39,480 nt of DNA from Halobacterium sp. (GCA_964229715.1 CAXREU010000017.1:1-39480), one strand, 5' to 3'. Numbered from the stretch's first letter, positions 20,057-29,152 are shown. Notes: a model not told the origin generated them from the sequence alone. Program-made: numbers and translations.

Positions 20057-21202
20057 CTACTCGAGGAGTTCGCGGGCGATGATGTTCTTCTGAATCTCGG
20101 TGGTGCCCTCGTAGATTTGGGTAATCTTGGCGTCGCGGTAGAACCGCTCGACGTCGAAGTCGTTGACGTAGCCGGCGCCGCCGTGAATCTGGACGGCCTC
20201 GTCGGCGACCTCGACGGCGACCCGCGAGGCGAACTCCTTGGCCATCGACGCGAGCGCGGTGAGCTGGTCGTCCTCGTGTTCGACGCTCCACGCGGATTTC
20301 CGGGTGAGCGTACGCGCGGCTTCGGTCTGCGTGTGCATCTCCGCGAGCTTGTGCTCGATTGCCTGGAAGTCACTGATGGGGCGGCCGAACTGCTCGCGCT
20401 CCTGGGCGTACTCCAGGGCGCGCTCGGCGGCGCCCTTCGCGATGCCGACGCCCTGTGCGGCGACCATCGTGCGCGTCTCGTCGAAGAACTGCATCAACTG
20501 GAGGAAGCCGCCGCCCTCCGTCCCAATCAGGTTCTCCTCGGGGACGCGCACGTCGTCGAACATGAGCTCCGCCGTGTCGCTGGCGCGAATGCCGAGTTTC
20601 CCCGTGATTTTGTCCGCCTCGAAGCCGTCCCGGTCGGCCTCCACGACGATTTGACTGAAGCCGTTGTACCGGCCGCTGGCCTCGGGGTCGGTCTGGCAGA
20701 GCACGACGTAGAAGTCGCCGACGGAGCCGTTCGTAATCCACATCTTGTTGCCGTTGATGACGAACTCGTCGCCGTCACGTTCGGCGCGCGTGGAGACGCT
20801 GGAGACGTCCGAGCCGGTGTCGGGTTCGCTGATGGCCGACCCCATGATGGCGTCGCCGGATGCGATGTCCGGCAGCCAGCGCTCCTTCTGGTCCTCGGTA
20901 CCGAACTCGATGATGGATTCGGCGCCGAAGCCCGCGCTGGACACACAGAGCCCGATGCCGGGGTCGGCGGCGAACAGCTCCTCGGTGATGAGCGCGGCCT
21001 CGACGGGCGAGTAGCCAGCGCCGCCGTAGTCGAGGGGGATCGTCGGCCCGAGCAGGCCGGCCTCCGCGGCCTCGTCCATGACCTCGTAGGGGTACTTCTC
21101 CTGTTCGTCGTACTCGGAGGCCACTGGCCGGATTTCGTTCTCCGCGAACCGGCGGACCTCCTCCTGAATCGCCTGCTGCTCGTCGGTCAACCCGAAGTCC
21201 AT
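20057..21202 (-). CDS. Acyl-CoA dehydrogenase
   Basis: [44 protein letters not shown]. Confidence 0.95.
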   Translation of the reverse strand: MDFGLTDEQQAIQEEVRRFAENEIRPVASEYDEQEKYPYEVMDEAAEAGLLGPTIPLDYGGAGYSPVEAALITEELFAADPGIGLCVSSAGFGAESIIEFGTEDQKERWLPDIASGDAIMGSAISEPDTGSDVSSVSTRAERDGDEFVINGNKMWITNGSVGDFYVVLCQTDPEASGRYNGFSQIVVEADRDGFEADKITGKLGIRASDTAELMFDDVRVPEENLIGTEGGGFLQLMQFFDETRTMVAAQGVGIAKGAAERALEYAQEREQFGRPISDFQAIEHKLAEMHTQTEAARTLTRKSAWSVEHEDDQLTALASMAKEFASRVAVEVADEAVQIHGGAGYVNDFDVERFYRDAKITQIYEGTTEIQKNIIARELLE

Positions 21203-21320
21203 GTGGGAGTGTACCGAACACCGGGACAAAAACGCTCGTAAACCGCTGACAATCCCCACGGGGTTCTTCGCGCGTGGCCCGGCCCAACTGTTTTTGCCGG
21301 CGTCCTGAGAACCCTCGCGT

Positions 21321-22322
21321 ATGGCCGACGTGGACCCCAGTGAGGTCGGGCGCACGCCGCTGGTCGAACTCGACGCCGGGGTCGCGCCGACGGTGTACGG
21401 GAAAGCCGAGTGGTTCAACCTCGGGTCGCTGGCCCACGGCGGCGGGTCGGTGAAGACCCGCATCGGGAAGGCAATGCTGGACGCCGCGGCCGCGCGCGGC
21501 GACCTCAGCCCCGACCGCACGATAATCGAGGCGTCCAGCGGGAACACGGGCGCCGCGGTCGCACGCATCGGCGCGGCGATGGGCTACGACGTCGAAATCG
21601 TGTTACCCGATAATGCGGGCCGCGGGAAGGTCGCCGCCATCCGGGACGCGGGCGCGGAACTCCGATTCGTGGACGCCGAGGAGGGATACGACGCGTTCGT
21701 CGCCGGCTGCCGGCGACTCGTCGACGAACGCCCCGATGAGTACGTCTACACCAACCAGTACCAGAACCCCGCGAATCCCGGCGTGCACGCGGGCACGACG
21801 GGGCCGGAAATCTGGGCGCAGACCGACGGCGAGGTGACGCACTTCGTCGCGGGCGCAGGGACTGGTGGCACGCTCGTCGGCGTGAGCCACGCGCTCCGCC
21901 CGCGCGGCGTGCACGTCCACGGGTACGAGCCGCCCGAGACGGACCACGACATCCCGGGGCTGAAGCACATGCACGCACCCGAGACGTTCGTCCCGGACAC
22001 CTACGAGTTCGACGCGCTGGACGCCCGCGAGTACGTGGACACGGACACCGCCTACGGGTACGTGCGGCGGCTCCGGCGCCGCCACGCCGACACCGACGTC
22101 CGGATTCGGGACCCCGGTCGGTGGTCCCGCGAGTTCGTCCGGTCGGAACTGCGCGTGAACGGCGAGTTCCTCGTCGGCCCCTCCACGGGGGGCGCGCTCG
22201 CGATGGTCGACCGGCTGGCGACCCGCGGTACGCTCGACGCTGACGATGTGGTCGTCGTCCCGCTGCCCGACCGCGGCGACCGGTATCCGGACCGCGACCC
22301 GTACGCCGATTACGTAGAATAG
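21321..22322 (+). CDS. PLP-dependent cysteine synthase family protein
   Basis: [43 protein letters not shown]. Confidence 0.85.
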   Translation: MADVDPSEVGRTPLVELDAGVAPTVYGKAEWFNLGSLAHGGGSVKTRIGKAMLDAAAARGDLSPDRTIIEASSGNTGAAVARIGAAMGYDVEIVLPDNAGRGKVAAIRDAGAELRFVDAEEGYDAFVAGCRRLVDERPDEYVYTNQYQNPANPGVHAGTTGPEIWAQTDGEVTHFVAGAGTGGTLVGVSHALRPRGVHVHGYEPPETDHDIPGLKHMHAPETFVPDTYEFDALDAREYVDTDTAYGYVRRLRRRHADTDVRIRDPGRWSREFVRSELRVNGEFLVGPSTGGALAMVDRLATRGTLDADDVVVVPLPDRGDRYPDRDPYADYVE

Positions 22323-22337
22323 TTGGATATCCAACTA
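22320..22337. promoter_or_regulatory. Perfect 18-bp palindrome upstream of sod
   Basis: TAGTTGGATATCCAACTA is its own reverse complement; ends 53 nt before the sod ATG. Confidence 0.6.
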
Positions 22338-22390
22338 AAACGCGCTTCCGGAAACCACCAAGAGGCAGGGCCACATTAGGGTTAATTGGA

Positions 22391-22993
22391 ATGTCTGACT
22401 ACGAACTGCCGCCGCTGCCGTACGACTACGACGCACTCGAACCGCACATCTCCGAACAGGTGCTCACGTGGCATCACGACACGCACCACCAGGGCTACGT
22501 CAACGGCTGGAACTCCGCCGAGGAGACCCTCGAAGCCAACCGCGAGGAGGGCGACTTCTCCTCCTCCGCCGGTGCCATCGGCAACGTCACGCACAACGGC
22601 TCCGGGCACATCCTCCACGACCTCTTCTGGCAGTCCATGAGCCCCGAGGGCGGCGACGAGCCCGAGGGCGACCTGCGAGCCCGTATCGAGGAGGATTTCG
22701 GCTCCTACGAAGCCTGGGAGGGCGAGTTCCGCGCGGCCGCCTCCGCCGCGGGTGGCTGGGCGCTGCTGGTCTACGACAGCCACTCCGAGCAGCTCCGCAA
22801 TGTCGTCGTCGACAAGCACGACAAGGGCGCGCTCTGGGGTTCGCACCCGATTCTGGCGCTGGACGTCTGGGAGCACTCCTACTACTACGACTACGGCCCC
22901 GCCCGCGGCGACTTCGTCGACAACTTCTTCGAGGTCGTCGACTGGGAGGAGCCCGCGGCGCGCTACGCGGACCTCGTCGAGAAGTTCGAGTAA
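22391..22993 (+). CDS. sod: Mn/Fe superoxide dismutase
   Basis: LPPLPYDYDALEPHIS, HHDTHHQGYV, DVWEHSYY. Confidence 0.97.
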   Translation: MSDYELPPLPYDYDALEPHISEQVLTWHHDTHHQGYVNGWNSAEETLEANREEGDFSSSAGAIGNVTHNGSGHILHDLFWQSMSPEGGDEPEGDLRARIEEDFGSYEAWEGEFRAAASAAGGWALLVYDSHSEQLRNVVVDKHDKGALWGSHPILALDVWEHSYYYDYGPARGDFVDNFFEVVDWEEPAARYADLVEKFE

Positions 22994-23132
22994 CGCCGCA
23001 TTCGACCGTCGGCCCTACCGTTCGGCATCTGGGCCGTTCTTCGGCCCGCCCCTGAAGGCTTTTATCCGCTCCCCGTTTCGGTTCGTGCGATGCCCTCCAC
23101 ACGCCGTCTTCTCGGATGCGTAGCCGGCGCAG

Positions 23133-23410
23133 TCACTCGTCGACGTCGTCGCTGCCGCGCTCAGGCTCGCCGAGCTCGTGCCACGGCCGCACCGAGTGGA
23201 CGCCGTACTGCTCGTCCAGCGCCAGGGGGTCTCGTTCTCCTCGGCCCCGAGCGCGTCGATGCCCGCGACTTGGTCGACGTCGCCGGGGTTGTAGGGGTCG
23301 AGGAGGTCGTCGACGAACGCCGCGAAGTCGTCGGCGTCAGTGAACAGCGCTGGGACGTTGTAACGGTACTCGGCGCTCTCGATTCGGTCCCGATACGCCG
23401 GCCAATCCAT
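23133..23410 (-). pseudogene. Phosphoribosyltransferase (APRT-like) remnant
   Basis: N-terminus ...DDFAAFVDDLLDPY...VDQVAGIDALG resembles the APRT N-terminus, then breaks off. A shifted frame continues LALDEQYGVHSVRPW...DVDE*. No PRPP-binding motif. Confidence 0.55.
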
Positions 23411-23448
23411 CAGTCGTCGCTACGACGGCGAGCCCTTAGTCGTTCGCG

Positions 23449-23676
23449 TCACCCGGCCAGTTCGACGAACGACAACAGGAGGTCGGGGACGACGGCGAGC
23501 ACGACGCCCGCGACGAGGAGAACCGCGGGGAGCCACAGGAGCCCCGCGTCGCCGAGCAGCCACAGCCCCAGCCCCGCGAGCACGAGGACGAGGCCGAGCA
23601 GTCGGAACAACCAGACGAATACGCCTTCGAAGCCCGCGTCGGTCGCGAACTCGGCGACTTCGCGCACTTCGTCCAT
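23449..23676 (-). CDS. Small hypothetical membrane protein
   Basis: 75 aa with two hydrophobic helices. Confidence 0.6.
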   Translation of the reverse strand: MDEVREVAEFATDAGFEGVFVWLFRLLGLVLVLAGLGLWLLGDAGLLWLPAVLLVAGVVLAVVPDLLLSFVELAG

Positions 23677-23736
23677 GGTAGTCGGGCGGTCGGCGTGGAG
23701 CCACTTATGACCCGTGGCCAGCGCGGCCCGCCGCTA

Positions 23737-24753
23737 TCAGCGGTTCGACGGTGACGACGAGGAGGACATCGTCGCGCGCAGCGCGAACGGCGACAGCAAA
23801 CCACCGACGACCGCGCCCGCGAACGCGAGCACGCCGATGTCGGAGTTCGAGAGCGCGCCGCCGCCACCGCTGTTACTTGCGCTGCCACCGCTGCCGACGA
23901 CGACTGCGCCCTTCATTCCCATCGTCCGGTGGGGGTTGCAGTAGTACTTCGAGATGCCCTCGCTGTCGTACGTCCGAGAGAACGTGAACCCGGACTCGTC
24001 GGTGAGTTCGCTCTCGTAGCTGCCGTCCTCCGCGACGACGTTGTGGGTCCCGTTCACCCACTCGAACGTGACCGTCGTTCCGGGGTCGACGCGGACTGCC
24101 GCTGGGCTGAATCCGTACGGACCGTTGTTGGCCTCAGTCCCGACCTCAACGGTGACCTCGGATTGCCCGGTCCGGTCGACGACGCCGTCGTAGTTGCTGA
24201 CGCCCTCGAACCAACCCTCGAAGTCGACGTCTTGCGTGCTGCTCTCGGATTCGGAGCCCCCCGAGGACCCGCTGGAGGACGACGCGCCGACGTCGACGTC
24301 GCCGACGACGACCGCGCCCTTCATCCCCATCGTCTTGTGTGGCGTGCACGCGTACTGCGTGACGCCCTCCTCGTCGAACGTCTGTGTGAACGTGAAGCCG
24401 GACTCGTTAGTGAGTTCGCTCTCGAAGCTGCCGTCCTCGGCAGCGACGTTGTGCGACCCCTCGACCCACTCCCACGTCACCGTGGTGCCGGGGTCGACCC
24501 GAATCGCCGCGGGGCCGAAGCCGTACGGACCGTTGTTGGCTTCGACACCGACTTCGACCGTGACCTCGGACTGGCCGGTCTTGTCGACGACGCCGTCGTA
24601 GTTGCTGACGCCCTCGAACCACGACTGGAGGTCGGCGTCCTGTGCGAGCGCGGAGCCGCTGAACGCCGCGCCGGTGGCTGCCGCGGCGCCCGCCGCAGCC
24701 GTCGTCTTCAGCACGCTGCGCCTCGTGACCGTGGGGGTGTCGTTGGGAGTCAT
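23737..24753 (-). CDS. Tandem two-domain halocyanin with Tat signal and C-terminal membrane anchor
   Basis: TRRSVLK; two near-identical domains (WFEGVSNYDGVVD...HNV...YACTPHKTMGM / YYCNPHRTMGM); C-terminal hydrophobic helix. Confidence 0.9.
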   Translation of the reverse strand: MTPNDTPTVTRRSVLKTTAAAGAAAATGAAFSGSALAQDADLQSWFEGVSNYDGVVDKTGQSEVTVEVGVEANNGPYGFGPAAIRVDPGTTVTWEWVEGSHNVAAEDGSFESELTNESGFTFTQTFDEEGVTQYACTPHKTMGMKGAVVVGDVDVGASSSSGSSGGSESESSTQDVDFEGWFEGVSNYDGVVDRTGQSEVTVEVGTEANNGPYGFSPAAVRVDPGTTVTFEWVNGTHNVVAEDGSYESELTDESGFTFSRTYDSEGISKYYCNPHRTMGMKGAVVVGSGGSASNSGGGGALSNSDIGVLAFAGAVVGGLLSPFALRATMSSSSSPSNR

Positions 24754-24762
24754 GGTTCTGAG

Positions 24763-25911
24763 TTACGCTTCGTAGCCCGCGTACTCCATCAGTTGGGCGA
24801 AGATGTCCGTGTCCATGGCGTCCCGGTAGACGATACCCGAGAGCATGCCGCCGGGGTAGTACGACCCGTTCATCACGTGGTTGACCTTGTGGCAGTGCAT
24901 CAGGTAGATGCCTGGCTCGGCGTCAGCCTCGAATTCGATGGTGTGTCGTTCGGCAGGCGCCATGTTCGTGATGTCCATCTCGTGTTGGGCGGCCTCGGGA
25001 ATCTGGCCGCCGTCTTTCTCCACGCGCCGGAAGCGGTGGTTGTGGAGGTGCAGCGGGTGGTTCATGTAGCCGCCGTTGACGAAGTGGATGCGCACCGTGT
25101 CACCCTTGTCAACGATGATGGGCGAGCCGTCCTCGGGGTGGAGCGTGCGCGGCGCGGCCTTCCCGTTGACTGTGAACACGTCCGGGTTGCGCGTGCGTGG
25201 ACTGTAGGAGACGTCCTCGCCGGCCATCTTCCGGTTGAGCCGGGAGTCCCAGTCCTTGACGGTCATGAAGTACTCCTTGTCCGCGGGCTCGTAGCCCTCG
25301 GGGTCGACGCGGAAGATGCCGTACATCCCCATGTCGATGTGGCGGTGGGTCTGGTAGTGGCAGTGGTAGACGTGCGTGCCGGGGACGTTGGCGGGAATCG
25401 TGTACGTGTGTTTCTCGCCGGGGTCGACGCGGATGCCCGTGGTCGTCGGAACACCGTCGTCCTTCCACGCTTTCTGCGTGCCGTGGAAGTGGAGGGTGTG
25501 CGGGCGCTTGCCCTCAGTGTTGTCGAGCGTGACCTCGATGTCCTCGCCTTCCTCAGTGCGGACGATGGGGCCGGGGACGCTCGGGTCGCCGTCCTCAGTC
25601 GCGAACGCCCACACGCGCGGGAGTTCCACGGGGCCGCCCATCGATTCGAGGGGGTGAGCCTGGTGGACCGCCGGCACGCTCTTCAGTGTCACCTGATTGC
25701 CCTGTTCGGTTGCGTCGACGACTTCGGGCGGGCTCGTCGTCGGGAGATTCGACTGTGAGGCCTGCTGACTCGGAGTCGTATCCGTCACGCTGGAGCCCTG
25801 CTGGACGGGAGCGGTACAGCCGGCGAGCGCGGCGACGCTGGTGCCGCCCGTCGCCGCGATGAACTCGCGCCGCGAGATGCCGGAACCGGGTGCGCCAATA
25901 CGGTCACTCAT
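24763..25911 (-). CDS. Two-domain multicopper oxidase lipoprotein
   Basis: SRREFI + LAGC; HTLHFH, YHCH...H...GM, HPLHLH, MHCH...H...GM. Confidence 0.88.
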   Translation of the reverse strand: MSDRIGAPGSGISRREFIAATGGTSVAALAGCTAPVQQGSSVTDTTPSQQASQSNLPTTSPPEVVDATEQGNQVTLKSVPAVHQAHPLESMGGPVELPRVWAFATEDGDPSVPGPIVRTEEGEDIEVTLDNTEGKRPHTLHFHGTQKAWKDDGVPTTTGIRVDPGEKHTYTIPANVPGTHVYHCHYQTHRHIDMGMYGIFRVDPEGYEPADKEYFMTVKDWDSRLNRKMAGEDVSYSPRTRNPDVFTVNGKAAPRTLHPEDGSPIIVDKGDTVRIHFVNGGYMNHPLHLHNHRFRRVEKDGGQIPEAAQHEMDITNMAPAERHTIEFEADAEPGIYLMHCHKVNHVMNGSYYPGGMLSGIVYRDAMDTDIFAQLMEYAGYEA

Positions 25912-25958
25912 GGGTACACCTCAGCGTAGGCAGTCCCCGGTAAAGCCCGGGTCGGTGA

Positions 25959-25996
25959 TTCCCGGGACCGGGAAACAGTTCCCAGTTCGTGGGAAC
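25959..25996. promoter_or_regulatory. Tandem TTCCC-N6/7-GGGAA inverted repeats
   Basis: TTCCCGGGACCGGGAA (25959-25974) and GTTCCCAGTTCGTGGGAAC (25978-25996). Confidence 0.5.
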
Positions 25997-26000
25997 GCGG

Positions 26001-26012
26001 CGAACACGTTCG
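26001..26012. promoter_or_regulatory. CGAA-N4-TTCG palindrome between the MCO and wHTH genes
   Basis: CGAACACGTTCG. Confidence 0.7.
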
Positions 26013-26051
26013 GCCGTCGGCCTACGCTCGTCGGGGCCCGAGTAGTCGGTG

Positions 26052-26420
26052 ATGCAGACCAACGTCGACCAGACGGACGCCGACGCGCGGCTCCGCGGCC
26101 CTTTCGAGGCCGTCGAGGAAACCGACCCCGCGGCCGTCCTCGACGCGCTCACCGACCCGCTCTGTCGGCGCATCCTCGGCTGCGCCAGCGAGCCCGTGAC
26201 CGCCAGCGAGGTCGCCGACGCCGCGGACCTCTCGCTGTCCTCGACGTATCGGAAACTCCACGCGCTCTCGGACGCCGGCCTCCTCGAAACCCAGACCGAA
26301 CTCCGGGACGACGGCTACCACACCACCCGCTATCGGGCGACGCTCGAAGAGGCGACCATCCGGCTCGGCGAGGACAACGACATCCACGTCTCCCTCGACC
26401 GCACCGGCGAACGCGAGTAA
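26052..26420 (+). CDS. ArsR-like winged-helix transcriptional regulator
   Basis: VLDALTDPLCRRIL...TASEVADAADLSLSSTYRKLHALSDAGLLE...DGYHTTRY. Confidence 0.85.
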   Translation: MQTNVDQTDADARLRGPFEAVEETDPAAVLDALTDPLCRRILGCASEPVTASEVADAADLSLSSTYRKLHALSDAGLLETQTELRDDGYHTTRYRATLEEATIRLGEDNDIHVSLDRTGERE

Positions 26421-27503
26421 CTAGTCGTCGGCTGGACTCGCCTGCCGTTCCGGTAGCGGCCCGTCGTATCCTTCTGGGACGTACGGACACAGCGGGTCGC
26501 TCGCCATCGGGTCGCCGGTCACCGCGTACGCCCGCGACCGGCTGCCGCCGCAGACGTGGCGGAACGAGCACGCGCCACACTTCCCCTGTAGGTCGTCTTT
26601 CCGCCGGAGCGCCTCGAAGAGGTCGCTGTTCCGGTAGACGTCCACGACAGACTGCTCGCGGACGTTCCCCGCAGATTCCGGGAGAAACCCCGACGGGTAG
26701 ACGTCGCCGGTGTGACTGACGAACGCGAACCCGTCGCCGGCGGTGATGCCGCCGCGTCGCTGCGGGCCACCTCCACCGCGTTCCTGGGCCGCTTGGGCGC
26801 GCACGCGACGGAAGTGCGGCGCCTCGGTGGTCTTCACGCCGAACTCCTCCTCGCGGGACACCTCGTCGAGGAACGCCATCACGTCCTCGGCGCGCGCCGG
26901 CGAAATCGGGTCGAGGACGCGGCCGCGACCCACTGGCACGAGGAAGAACACGCTCCACAGCACCGCTCCCAACTCCCGGACGAGGTCACGGATGGCCGGC
27001 AAGTCGCCGGCGGTCTGCGAACAGACCGTCGTGTTGACTTGCAGCGGCACACCCGCCTCGCGGGCGTCGCGTGCTGCGCGGACGGTTTCCTCGAAGCTCC
27101 CGGCTTCCCCACGGAACGAGTCGTGTGATTCCGGCGTCGCGCCGTCGATGCTGACGGCGAGCTGTTTCACGCCAGCGTCCGCGAGCGCCTGCACGGCCTC
27201 CGTGGAGAGCGAGCGCGTCCCGCTCGGAGTGACCGTCATGCGGAGGCCGATGTCCGTGCCGTATTCGACGAACTCGACGGTGTCCTCACGCGCGAGCGGG
27301 TCGCCCCCGGAGAGCACGACGAGCTGGCCGTCGCCGAAGCGACGGACGTCGTCGAGCAGTGCCTTCCCCTCCGCTGTGGTGAGCTCGTCCGGGTGGCGGT
27401 TCGGCGTCGCGTCGGCCCGACAGTGCTCGCACGCGAGTTCGCACGCCTGCGTCACTTCCCAGATGAGCACGAACGGGCGCTCGTCGGTGTCTACTGGCGT
27501 CAT
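26421..27503 (-). CDS. ahbD: Radical SAM/SPASM enzyme, AhbD/NirJ-like (heme b synthase type)
   Basis: WEVTQACELACEHCRA (CxxxCxxC), SGGDPL, SPASM GKCGACSFRHVCGGSRSRAYA...DPLC; gene symbol assigned by family resemblance. Confidence 0.75.
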   Translation of the reverse strand: MTPVDTDERPFVLIWEVTQACELACEHCRADATPNRHPDELTTAEGKALLDDVRRFGDGQLVVLSGGDPLAREDTVEFVEYGTDIGLRMTVTPSGTRSLSTEAVQALADAGVKQLAVSIDGATPESHDSFRGEAGSFEETVRAARDAREAGVPLQVNTTVCSQTAGDLPAIRDLVRELGAVLWSVFFLVPVGRGRVLDPISPARAEDVMAFLDEVSREEEFGVKTTEAPHFRRVRAQAAQERGGGGPQRRGGITAGDGFAFVSHTGDVYPSGFLPESAGNVREQSVVDVYRNSDLFEALRRKDDLQGKCGACSFRHVCGGSRSRAYAVTGDPMASDPLCPYVPEGYDGPLPERQASPADD

Positions 27504-27609
27504 CGTTACAGTTGAGGCGGCGATGGGCAGGTGACAGGCCAAGGTCCCAGCACGGTGGCGCCGCCTCACGTGGAGCGACGACCGGCCAGGACTTTGTTCG
27601 GCGCGTCGC

Positions 27610-27627
27610 TTCCCAGTCTTCGGGAAC
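27610..27627. promoter_or_regulatory. TTCCC-N7-GGGAA inverted repeat
   Basis: TTCCCAGTCTTCGGGAAC, closely matching 25979-25996; ~40 nt upstream of the ATG at 27668. Confidence 0.5.
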
Positions 27628-27667
27628 GTCCGTGGCCACCTTTTTCGCGGAGGCACTAGCCGGGAGC

Positions 27668-27931
27668 ATGGACTCAGAGGACCGAACGCGGGTGCGCGAC
27701 GCGCCGCGGTCGGCGACCGGCCGCGAGTGGGAGGTGTTCGTGCGCGAGGAGAGCGACGGCGCGCTGCAGCACGTCGGCAGCGTCACCGCGGGCGACGCCG
27801 ACACCGCCCACGACCGCGCCAGTGACCTCTTCGGGTGGACCGCGCGCGACGTCTGGCTCTGTCCCGCCGACGAGACGCGCCGCTACACCGCGCACACGCT
27901 TGGCGAGCCCGCGGGAGGTGAGTCGGCGTGA
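27668..27931 (+). CDS. Small rSAM-partnered protein (Htur_1727 family, PaaB-like)
   Basis: WEVFVRE...HVGSVTA...DVWLCP pattern; stop overlaps the next start (GTGA), with SD GGAGGTGA at 27914-27921. Confidence 0.8.
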   Translation: MDSEDRTRVRDAPRSATGREWEVFVREESDGALQHVGSVTAGDADTAHDRASDLFGWTARDVWLCPADETRRYTAHTLGEPAGGESA

Positions 27932-29136
27932 TTTCCGTCAGCAAACTGCTCTGCGGGCTCGACGCCGAGAGCGACGGCCTGCGCTACGACGCCGCCGCCG
28001 ACTCCAGCCGCGAGCAAATCACGGAGGAGAAACAGCGCCGCCCGGTGGTCGTCTGGAACCTCACCAAGCAGTGCAACCTCTACTGTTCGCACTGCTACGC
28101 GGCCGCCGATACGGAAACGGCGCCCGGCGAGCTCTCCACCGCGGAGGGCAAGCACCTGCTTGACGACCTCGCGGACTTCGGCATCCCCGTGGTCCTGTTC
28201 TCGGGGGGCGAGCCGCTCGTCCGCGACGACCTCGAAGAACTCGTCGCGTACGCCAGCGACGCCGGCATCCGACCCGTGCTCTCCACGAACGGCACCCTCC
28301 TGACCGCGGAGCGCGCCGAAGCGCTTCGCGAGGCGGGTCTACAGTACGCGGGCGTCTCCGTGGACGGCCTCCCGGAGCGCAACGACGAGTTCCGCGGCGA
28401 AGAAGGTGCCTTCGACGCGGCCGTCCGCGGCATCGAGAACAGCCTCGACGCCGGCCTCAAGACCGGGCTCCGGTACACCATCACGGAGGCGAACGCGCCC
28501 GACCTCCCGGACGTCGTGGACCTGCTGCACGACGTCGGCGTCGACCGGTTCTGCTTCTACCACCTCGACTACGGCGGCCGCGGCGCCGACATCTCGAACC
28601 TCGACCTCTCGCCCGCGGACACCCGCGAGGCCGTGCGCACGGTCTGCGACCTCACTCGCGAGTACCACGAGCAGGGCGAGGAAATCGAGACGCTGCTCGT
28701 CGGCAACTACGCCGACGCCGGCTTCCTCGTGGAGTACGCCGAGGCGGAACTCGGTAGCGAGCGGGCCGACCGCATCCACCGCTACCTCGAAGCGAACGGC
28801 GGCGACCCGACCGGCGAGCGCATCGCGGACGTCGACTACCAGGGGAACGTCCACCTCACGCAGTTCTGGCAGGGGTACTCGCTGGGGAACGTCCGCGACC
28901 GCCCGTTCAGCGAGCTCTGGAGCAACGAGACCAATCCGCTGCTCTCGGGCCTGCGCGACCGCGACGACCGCCTCACCGGGAAGTGCGCGGGCTGCGGATA
29001 CCAGTCCATCTGCCGGGGCGGGTCGCGGCTGCGCGCGCTGAGCGCGGGCGGCCCTTTCGACCCGGACCCGAAGTGCTACCTCACGGAGGCGGAGCGCGGC
29101 GCACGCGGCGGCTCCGGGGACGCGCACGCGGACTGA
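27928..29136 (+). CDS. ahbC: Radical SAM/SPASM enzyme, AhbC-like (12,18-didecarboxysiroheme deacetylase type)
   Basis: MISVSKLLC...LRY N-terminus, PVVVWNLTKQCNLYCSHCY, FSGGEPL, FCFYHLDYGGRG, GKCAGCGYQSICRGG...DPKCY. Confidence 0.75.
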   Translation: MISVSKLLCGLDAESDGLRYDAAADSSREQITEEKQRRPVVVWNLTKQCNLYCSHCYAAADTETAPGELSTAEGKHLLDDLADFGIPVVLFSGGEPLVRDDLEELVAYASDAGIRPVLSTNGTLLTAERAEALREAGLQYAGVSVDGLPERNDEFRGEEGAFDAAVRGIENSLDAGLKTGLRYTITEANAPDLPDVVDLLHDVGVDRFCFYHLDYGGRGADISNLDLSPADTREAVRTVCDLTREYHEQGEEIETLLVGNYADAGFLVEYAEAELGSERADRIHRYLEANGGDPTGERIADVDYQGNVHLTQFWQGYSLGNVRDRPFSELWSNETNPLLSGLRDRDDRLTGKCAGCGYQSICRGGSRLRALSAGGPFDPDPKCYLTEAERGARGGSGDAHAD

Positions 29137-29152
29137 AAAACGAGGGAACTCC

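Noticed and set aside
24763-25911. Second nirK copy
   Set aside because: HxH/HCH motifs in both domains indicate a multicopper oxidase; the NirK-specific motifs are found only in 30141-31214.
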